DNA of 38,013 nucleotides from Perkinsus olseni (Eukaryota): NCBI GenBank assembly GCA_013115125.1, contig JABANN010000336.1, positions 1 to 38,013 of the forward strand, read 5' to 3'. Shown piece by piece: positions 30,115 to 38,013 of this stretch (position 1 is its first letter; each line of letters starts with the position of its first letter). The notes under the pieces were generated by a model. It saw only the letters and a program-made list of their open reading frames with translations, ran no database searches and was not told where the DNA came from. The position numbers and the translations under genes were made by a program.

Positions 30115-31194
30115 AATAATAAATTTATATTAATAATTAAAGATAATATAATATTATATAATATTAATGATAGTATTAATTATTTATGAAATATAAGGTT
30201 ATATAATTATGGTAGTAATGATTGTACAAGTAGTAACTTAGGCATAATAATAAACTTATATATGAATATTAATAATGGTTATAAAGGTATAATATATATA
30301 ATCAAAGAAATATATTATAGGTTATATATTAAGATATATACATAATAATAATAGTACATTAATATATGTAGTAGTATATTTACATATTATTAGAAATTTA
30401 TATTACAAAACATATTATTATAACATATTAATATGATATTCTGGTATGATAATGTTATATCAATTAATAATAATTGGATTCATAGGTTATATATTAGGAT
30501 GGGGTCAATTATCATATTGGAGGTATAACAGTAATTATAAACTTAATATCTAGGTATTCCATATTTAATATTATTAATATCTAGGTAATTATTATATAAC
30601 AATTGTAACTATTAAAAGATTATATATAGTACATTTTATATTACCTATAATTTTAATATATGTAGAAATAATACATGTATATTATATTCATTATTTAATA
30701 AATAATAACATAGTAGAATATAATGTAAATAATAAAATAATATTCAACAATTATATATTAGTAAAAGATAATAATAGGCATAATATTTATATTAAATATT
30801 TTTATATTAGAATTAAATAATAATATATTTATAATAGCTGATAATGATAATTTAATAGAAATTAATATATTAGTAACACCAATACATATAATACCAGAAT
30901 GATATTATTTATACTGATATAGTATATTAAAATTATTACCAAATAAATATAGTGGTTTATATATTGTAGTAAATAGTATATCTATAATAAATATATTATC
31001 TGAATACAAAATAGTAATAAGTGAATATAAATAACTATAAAAATATAATATGATATAATCAAATAATACAATATATAAGTATGATATATATAGGTATACA
31101 ATTACCAATAATTGAATATATAAATTATGGTCGTTATATTATAATATTTAATATATTATTATTAATCATGTATTTATATCCTTATATAGAATAA
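30115..31194 (+). CDS. cob: Apocytochrome b, frameshift-decoded (8 sites), TGA=Trp; 5' boundary uncertain (no ATG)
   Basis: Manual translation, frameshift residues in brackets: NNKFILIIKDNIILYNINDSINYLWNI[G]YIIMVVMIVQVVT[G]IIINLYMNINNGYKGIIYIIKEIYY[G]YILRYIHNNNSTLIYVVVYLHIIRNLYYKTYYYNILIWYSGMIMLYQLIIIGFIGYILGWGQLSYW[G]ITVIINLIS[G]IPYLILLIS[G]NYYITIVTIKRLYIVHFILPIILIYVEIIHVYYIHYLINNNIVEYNVNNKIIFNNYILVKDNN[G]IIFILNIFILELNNNIFIIADNDNLIEINILVTPIHIIPEWYYLYWYSILKLLPNKYSGLYIVVNSISIINILSEYKIVISEYK[N]YKNIIWYNQIIQYISMIYIGIQLPIIEYINYGRYIIIFNILLLIMYLYPYIE*. Haem His codons at 30341, 30383, 30632 and 30674. PEWY at 30894-30905 (CCA GAA TGA TAT). Apicomplexan-like C-terminal IGxQLP...YGR. TAA at 31192-31194. 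Confidence 0.97.
30196..30199 (+). other. cob frameshift 1: AGGT, +1, Gly
   Basis: In-frame AGG; skipping one base restores the conserved WNxG. Confidence 0.92.
30239..30243 (+). other. cob frameshift 2: TAGGC, +2, Gly
   Basis: In-frame TAG; skipping two bases restores the conserved QxxTG. Confidence 0.92.
30319..30322 (+). other. cob frameshift 3: AGGT, +1, Gly
   Basis: Restores G in YY[G]YILRYIH. Confidence 0.92.
30521..30524 (+). other. cob frameshift 4: AGGT, +1, Gly
   Basis: Restores the Qo-site motif WGQLSYW[G]ITVI. Confidence 0.95.
30552..30555 (+). other. cob frameshift 5: AGGT, +1, Gly
   Basis: Restores NLIS[G]IP. Confidence 0.9.
30583..30586 (+). other. cob frameshift 6: AGGT, +1, Gly
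   Basis: Restores IS[G]NY and the frame for TIKRLYIVHFILP. Confidence 0.9.
30776..30779 (+). other. cob frameshift 7: AGGC, +1, Gly
   Basis: Restores the conserved KDxxG and the frame for VTPxHIxPEWY. Confidence 0.92.
31032..31035 (+). other. cob frameshift 8: TAAC, +1, Asn (exact position inferred)
   Basis: In-frame TAA; a +1 shift is needed to reach the conserved C-terminal helix IYIGIQLP...YGRY. Confidence 0.75.
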
Positions 31195-31303
31195 TCTAAA
31201 GCGACTATTTATAATATTCTTATTTATAGTATTAGGATATATTATTAAGATCTTATCCATAGATTACTATTTAGTATATAATTATATATATAAGGTATTG
31301 TAT

Positions 31304-31350
31304 GCCATCTGTATTAGTTTATTTATATTTATATTATATTTACAGATGGC
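31304..31350. repeat. Short inverted repeat (hairpin), first one downstream of cob
   Basis: GCCATCTGTA 31304-31313 / TACAGATGGC 31341-31350. Confidence 0.92.
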
Positions 31351-31543
31351 CAGGTCATATTTATTATTATAATCTCATTATCCCTAACCCTTAGAATAAG
31401 GGAATATATAAATATATATATTATATTAATGTAAGGGCCCTTATTAAAGGATATTATAGATCTATGGCATTAGATATTATTAAGTAAATATAGGTAATAT
31501 TATAATAGGATAATAGTTATTAATACAATATCAACAGGTAATA

Positions 31544-31596
31544 ATGGCCCTCTTTATATATATATTAGTGATATTAATAATATCACGGAGGGCCAT
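31544..31596. repeat. Short inverted repeat (hairpin)
   Basis: ATGGCCCTC 31544-31552 / GAGGGCCAT 31588-31596; internal GTGATATT...AATATCAC mini-stem. Confidence 0.9.
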
Positions 31597-32006
31597 ATAA
31601 GATAATATTAACTAGATGATACCTTAATCTATAGTTAACTATAGATATATTATATAATAATATCGGTATCATTAATCATATATTTAATATAATAATATAG
31701 GCATTTATATATCCTAGGCATTAGTATAATGATAATTACCTCATATATAGTATTATTACTATTGGCCCTATATAAATATCCTTATTTAAATAAAGACTAA
31801 TTAATATACTATTATATCTAGGTAATTAATATAATATAATCAATATTGTATAAATATATCATTAATAATACAATAAATAATAATTAATATATGTTATAAT
31901 ATAATCTATATATAATAAATTTACATAAAGTATTGATTACGATAAATTATATTATATGATAATATTTATATTAATCTATGGCGATGAAAGGGTTATTTTA
32001 ATCTAT

Positions 32007-32090
32007 GTAGTGCTGTATTAATAAATATAATATCCCAGGGCCCATAGACTATAATTATATATTAAATAAAGGGCCCTGTAACAGCACTAC
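32007..32090. repeat. Nested inverted repeats
   Basis: Outer GTAGTGCTGT 32007-32016 / ACAGCACTAC 32081-32090; inner CAGGGCCC 32036-32043 / GGGCCCTG 32071-32078. Confidence 0.93.
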
Positions 32091-32150
32091 TAATATAATA
32101 TATAATATAATAAATATAAGCTGGTGTCATAATAAATAATATTATATTTA

Positions 32151-32214
32151 ATGCCCTCATATATAAATAATAATATACTATGGTTTAATACTAAATATAA
32201 TGTTATGAGGGCAT
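32151..32214. repeat. Short inverted repeat (hairpin)
   Basis: ATGCCCTCATA 32151-32161 / TATGAGGGCAT 32204-32214. Confidence 0.92.
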
Positions 32215-33538
32215 ATAATAATAGATCCTTAATATTAAGTATTATATAATATAATTTATCTCTATGGTATTAATGTATTTATATTTATATTTATTTATCT
32301 AATAATATATTCTATGGATATATACCATAGATTACCTATTTATATAAGTATATATTAATATATCAACTATTAGTATATGGATTATATAGTAATATGTATT
32401 ATTAAATTATATATAATATTATATATCCTCATGTCCATATATAGTGTATTATATTATATAGTAATACTAGGATTATATTTATAGTTAAGTATATATTATT
32501 AATATTATATCTAAAGTTAGGTATTTATATATATCTATATAGCTTTATTACTATATTATATAATTACTAAGGTATACTATATATATACCCCTATAGATTT
32601 ATTAATATATATTAAATTATAAATAGACTCACTAGATTAATATATTATATTTATACCAATCAGATATTAATAATTAATAATAGAACTATAGGATATTAAG
32701 ATAAGTAATATTAGGTATAGATATTATTATATTTTATCTCTATAGATATATACTTACCTTTATACTCACTAGATTTATATAACCTTATTATTAGGATATT
32801 TATATATTTATTGATAGGTTTTATTAATATAATATTACTAATAGTAAACCTTGCTATACTATAATTATTAATATTATTAACCCCATCTAGGTTTATATAG
32901 AACTAGTTATTATATCTTAATCTATAGGTAATATAATATATAAATATATACAGTATCCCATAGTTATAACTATATATAATGGATCTTGTATCCTGGAGAT
33001 GATAATATAAATATACATTATATAATATAAACCACTATAAACTAGTAATACCATATTAATATCTAATAAATCTATTATGTTATATTATATTAATTATAGC
33101 ATCATATTATATTATAAGGTATTAATTATCTATAAATAATGATATATTATATAAATCTATTAATAAAGCCTATAATTATATATATCTAATATAAGGTATT
33201 TATATTATATAAACCTATAGAGATAAAGTATTAATAATAATATAATAATATCATACATACTAGTAATCTATGGTTATTGATATAGTAATTATATATTCCC
33301 TAGATATGGTATTATATCTTATAAGTATATATCTATAAATATATTATATTATATCATTATATATACTCTGGAGACTATTAATATTTATAGACTATATTAT
33401 ATTATTATCTAACTATATAAATACGAATATTAGGATTATATGGTATTAATAGATAATTTATGATATAATGTTAGAAATATATAAAGAATATTATAACTAG
33501 AGAATAATATATATAAAAATAGATAATATCCTTATAAT

Positions 33539-33597
33539 GCCCTCTCTTGATACTGAGATTATTAATAATATATATATCCTATAGATATAGAGAGGGC
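33539..33597. repeat. Short inverted repeat (hairpin)
   Basis: GCCCTCTCT 33539-33547 / AGAGAGGGC 33589-33597. Confidence 0.9.
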
Positions 33598-33953
33598 CTA
33601 TTAATATATACTGTATTATTATTCTATCATTATATTATAGGATATGTTATCATTATAGATATTACATTATTATATATATTAAAATACAATATATATACAT
33701 TTTATCATATAATATTAGGTATCTATAGATAAGGTATTAGATATATATATATTAAATTATTAGAAGAATATATTCATGATTATACTTTAATATAGATGTC
33801 TATGTTAGGTAGTAATAAACATATTATTATGTCTAAATCTATGATAAAGTTTATATCTAAAGATCTTATCATTAATCCTAATAATATTAATATAATTATA
33901 AAGTTCATATTATAAATTGATATATATTATATAGGTATACCAGTATCTATAGG

Positions 33954-34011
33954 GCACCATTACAATACTATTATATTAGATATATATTATATTTATAACT
34001 AGTAATGGTGC
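33954..34011. repeat. Short inverted repeat (hairpin)
   Basis: GCACCATTAC 33954-33963 / GTAATGGTGC 34002-34011. Confidence 0.92.
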
Positions 34012-34074
34012 TATTATATTAGTATCTATGGAGAGGGATATAGTAATATTGATAATATAATCACTATTAATAGA

Positions 34075-34116
34075 ACCCCATGCATATACTTATTATTATT
34101 TATCAGGGCATGGGGT
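34075..34116. repeat. Short inverted repeat (hairpin)
   Basis: ACCCCATGC 34075-34083 / GCATGGGGT 34108-34116. Confidence 0.9.
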
Positions 34117-34540
34117 ATATAATATATATAAATGATATTGGGTTAAATACTAATAAATAATATATATAATAATAAATAATCTATATAGTATAAATATAAT
34201 CTTAGGGCATGGTGTATAATAATAGTACTATTTATATAGATTAAGATAGATTATAATATTAATATTTAATAAAATACATTATTATATTAACTAGTAATAA
34301 CCCATACATAATAATTTATAGGGATATATATCAATATTATATACTTTATTAGATTATTAATTAATAGGCCATAATATAATATAATATCCTGTAGTTTATA
34401 AATCTAATAATAAGGTATCATATCAATATAAATATATAGTGTATCGATAATATAATATTATAATACTAAATACCATACCTTAGATATATATATAAATTAT
34501 ATTAGATAGATATTATTATATTATATTTGTTATACTATTA

Positions 34541-34591
34541 ACACCTTGCATATTAAAATACATACTATAATAAATATGTAATGCAAGGTGT
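34541..34591. repeat. Short inverted repeat (hairpin)
   Basis: ACACCTTGCAT 34541-34551 / ATGCAAGGTGT 34581-34591. Confidence 0.92.
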
Positions 34592-35259
34592 ATATATTAT
34601 TGGATATATTTATTAAATAGAATATTATAGTACTTTCAATCTTATTAGATATATTTTATATCAACCTGTAATATAGTATATAATCTAGATATTAGTCCTT
34701 TAATTATATATAAACCTGGTTGGATAAAGTCTATATTATTATATAATACTAATAGGATATAATAGTGTAAATAATACCATAAATTACATCATATATATGA
34801 ATATTATAACTATATAATAATAACTTTATATTATATTAAGGATCAATATTACATTATACCATATCATAGTTAATATTATATTATTAAATAAGGATATAGA
34901 TACCCATATATTAGTAAAGTATATAATATATATATTATATAGTATGGGGTATATAGATTAACTTATAGATATTAATAAATATATAGTATAAATATTCCTA
35001 TAAAGATACCATATTATATATTTATACCTAGGTATATTATTATCTCTATTATCAGGTATCAATATTATCATATATTAAATATAAGCATATCTATTATAAT
35101 ACAATATCTTAAATATGGTCATATATATTATTATTAGATTTATAGTATAAAGATGGTATATTGGTATTATAATAATGAGGTATATGTGTATTTAAATTAA
35201 TATCTAAACCACTAGTAATTCCTTATATATATATATTTAATAATATAAATAGACTAATA

Positions 35260-35387
35260 ATACCATCACTAATAATAAAGATATGATATAAATAATATAT
35301 ATTGGTATTTATCTTAACATATATATAAGGTGGGTATTTATTAATCTAAGGTACCTTAATCATGATAAATATATATAGTGATGGTAT
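35260..35387. repeat. Inverted repeat with long loop
   Basis: ATACCATCACTA 35260-35271 / TAGTGATGGTAT 35376-35387. Confidence 0.75.
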
Positions 35388-35688
35388 ACAATAACAGATA
35401 TTATATTCTATATTAAACTATTAATATATTCTTATTAATTTATTCTATTAAATATATTCACTATTCATATTCATATAAATATATCTATAATCATATAAAT
35501 TACTATTAATAATATCATATAAATATCTAATTCTATATAATTAATTCATTATAATTTCATAGATTATCTATAAATATTCAAATATTACTATTAAATCACT
35601 ATATTATCATTATTAAGATATTAGTATTTATTAAATATTAGTAACACAGCTAATAATATCTATATTTATATAGCCCCTTTATACTATA

Positions 35689-35735
35689 GCCACCTGTACA
35701 GTAATACCTAATAATTATATATAATAACAGGTGGC
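35689..35735. repeat. Short inverted repeat (hairpin)
   Basis: GCCACCTGT 35689-35697 / ACAGGTGGC 35727-35735. Confidence 0.9.
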
Positions 35736-36074
35736 ATTAATAATATATATAGTAAAGGACAACACTTTATCTCTGGTTGGTATAATAACATATAATATAA
35801 TATAAGGTTTATAATACTATATATATCTATATAGATAAAAGGAAATTAAGGTATTAAACTAAGGTATGGTATAGTACTATTTATTAATATAAACATATTA
35901 TTATATTAACCTGATATTATTATATTTAGATTATTATGGTATGATATATTAAAATATAAGTTATTAGATAAACCACTAATACTAGATATATAAATAATAG
36001 TATATAAATAAAACTAAATTATTAATATAGAAGTTATAATAATAGGTTTGGTAATTATAATATTTAATGTATTA

Positions 36075-36122
36075 GGGCCCCATATAATTATATAATATTA
36101 AATATAGGTTTACTAGGGGCCC
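36075..36122. repeat. Short inverted repeat (hairpin)
   Basis: GGGCCCC 36075-36081 / GGGGCCC 36116-36122. Confidence 0.87.
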
Positions 36123-36495
36123 ATTAATAAGGTATATGATAGTATAATATTTAATAAGATATAATATATATAATAATATAAGCTTATTTAACTATTTTAT
36201 ATATATTTCTATATTACAATGTTAGTTATATTCCATTAGTCAGAATATATTATTAGGTTATATAGTATATTATATTATATGGATTATATATACATATTTA
36301 TATCTATATGGATATGTATTAGTATATAATAGGTCTTTATCAATATTTAGTATATCATATTTATATTTATAGTGATACCATATTTATTATATATTTATTA
36401 GTAAACTCTATAGATATAATTAATTATATTACTAATAGTATCTTAATAATACCCCTTATTCTATAATTATATATATTTATATTATTAATTCCTAA

Positions 36496-36553
36496 TAGAT
36501 GGCCCTTATTAATAAATAGGTAATTACTATAATATAGGCTATAGGGCCATCTA
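36496..36553. repeat. Short inverted repeat (hairpin)
   Basis: TAGATGGCCCT 36496-36506 / AGGGCCATCTA 36543-36553. Confidence 0.93.
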
Positions 36554-38013
36554 GTGAGTATAAGTTTAATAATTATATATTTATAAATCTAGTTATACCT
36601 ATACATAGTATTATTAATACATAATAGACTATTATCTTATTATATGGATAGAGTATATCATAGTATTTATAATTATATGGTAATATACGTTATTATATTA
36701 TAGCCTATTATTACATATTTTATTATTTAGTGCTATCAGTATATATATGTCTAATCCTTAGTATAGTAATATATATAATATATTTATAATCACCATTTTA
36801 TAATATAGCTTATTATACCCTAATACCTATTATTATTGATACCATGGGTTATAATCTATATAGATAAAGTTAAGGATATATAAATACCTCTATAATAATA
36901 CCTTTATATAGGCCCCCTCATATTATTAATATCCTATATATATGATTATATATTATTTATTATATATTTTATAATGATTATATTATATATTATGAATTAG
37001 AGGGATATAAGGGCTATTACCTACAATATATATAAATCATTATCATTTAATTATCCTAATCTTATTAATAATGTTAAATATCAAGATAAATATATATATA
37101 TCAATATACTATATTAGTATTCTATGGAGATAAAAGGATATAAACTATTTAATGTTATATGGCCCTTTAATACTAATAATATTATATTACCTTATACCAT
37201 ATAGTATAGTGATATCATACATACCATTGATTATATATAAGTATTAGTTATCTATAGGGATTATAGTGAATTTATTAATAACATAACATTATATTATATA
37301 TTTCCTTTCATATAACATATTTTATATTTATATACTTATATTATGGCCTATCTATAGTAATATAATGATTATAGGTAATTATAAATGTATCTAATCTATT
37401 AGTATTTGTTAATATTATAAATTATAAGGTTTATTAGTATTATATAATATCTCATATCTAGGATTAATACTATAATAATATATATATATAAATAATGTTA
37501 TCTATAGTGATAAAACCATAATATTTCCTTATAAATATAAATCCCTTTATATAGCCATAGTTATTAATAATATTATATATTATATAAATACCTAGGATAA
37601 ATAAACTAATAGTATATTAATATTGATAACTATATTATACTTTTAATACCTATTTTATATCATATGATTTACTATATTTATCATATTTATAAACTATATC
37701 ATAAACTATCCATTATTACTATCTAGATTGCCATATCTTATAATATTATTTGTATCAATATAGTACTAATCTCATTATTATATATCATATTATATAAGGA
37801 TACAATATATTATCTGGTGTTATTCTATTATTATATCTAAATATAACATATTAAATACCATAATAAGTAATACTCCATATAAATATTAATAGATTTATAA
37901 AATACTAATATTTATTCTTATATTAATATATATATCCTTATAAATACCTATATAATTTAATATCTAATATTATGGTATACAGTATATAATAATAAGTAAT
38001 TTATAGGGTATTA

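Larger units (their letters stand above)
3956..37131. repeat. Dispersed 10-mer CTATGGAGAT / ATCTCCATAG on both strands
   Basis: Exact + copies at 4312, 4974, 8021, 8845, 10046, 15543, 18451, 26447 and 37122; exact reverse-complement copies at 3956, 4553, 14566, 17843, 20441, 22449 and 26030; many one-mismatch variants. Confidence 0.88.

Noticed and set aside
30905-31108. 67-aa minus-strand ORF from the track
   Set aside because: Antisense shadow of the cob 3' region.
30115-31194. cob as a pseudogene or an indel-ridden assembly
   Set aside because: Seven of eight breaks have the same (T)AGGY form at Gly positions, they are not homopolymer-type errors, and all catalytic motifs are intact. Random decay would not give this pattern.
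31370-31400. Minus-strand GGGATAA as the LSU A2451 region
   Set aside because: Reads GGGATAATG instead of the near-invariant GGGATAACA, and the flanks match poorly.
31976-31992. GGCGATGAA resembling the 5' region of 23S rRNA
   Set aside because: It is a one-base variant of the dispersed CTATGGAGAT word, also seen at 10225.
33547-33732. 61-aa plus-strand ORF
   Set aside because: TTG start inside a hairpin arm, runs through the second arm, low complexity.
76-36553. Hairpins as a CRISPR array, MITEs or tRNAs
   Set aside because: No constant repeat with regular spacing, no shared terminal sequence or target-site duplication seen, and no cloverleaf or T-loop consensus.

Overview
This 38 kb window is extremely AT-rich (roughly 85-88% AT by eye) and almost entirely non-coding. 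It is best explained as mitochondrial DNA of a Perkinsus-like (perkinsozoan, myzozoan) alveolate. The only confidently identified gene is an apocytochrome b (cob) at about 30115-31194 on the + strand, which the ORF track misses. It reads through only if TGA=Trp and eight frameshifts are decoded: six +1 at in-frame AGGY (Gly), one +2 at TAGGC (Gly) and one +1 at TAAC (Asn). The result is a ~356-aa cytochrome b with all four haem His ligands, WGQLSYWG and PEWY, no Cys and no ATG start. About 680 nt upstream is an unassigned ATG-initiated 98-codon ORF with cob-like codon usage and a weak by-eye resemblance to ribosomal protein uS13. The rest carries about 40 short inverted repeats (7-12 bp GC-rich stems, mostly unique, closing ~25-45 nt near-pure A/T loops), a dispersed CTATGGAGAT/ATCTCCATAG word on both strands, strong CpG depletion, and several 130-430 nt strand-skewed islands that may be cryptic transcription units. 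I could not identify cox1, cox3, any tRNA or a convincing rRNA fragment. All analysis was by hand, with no database searches.
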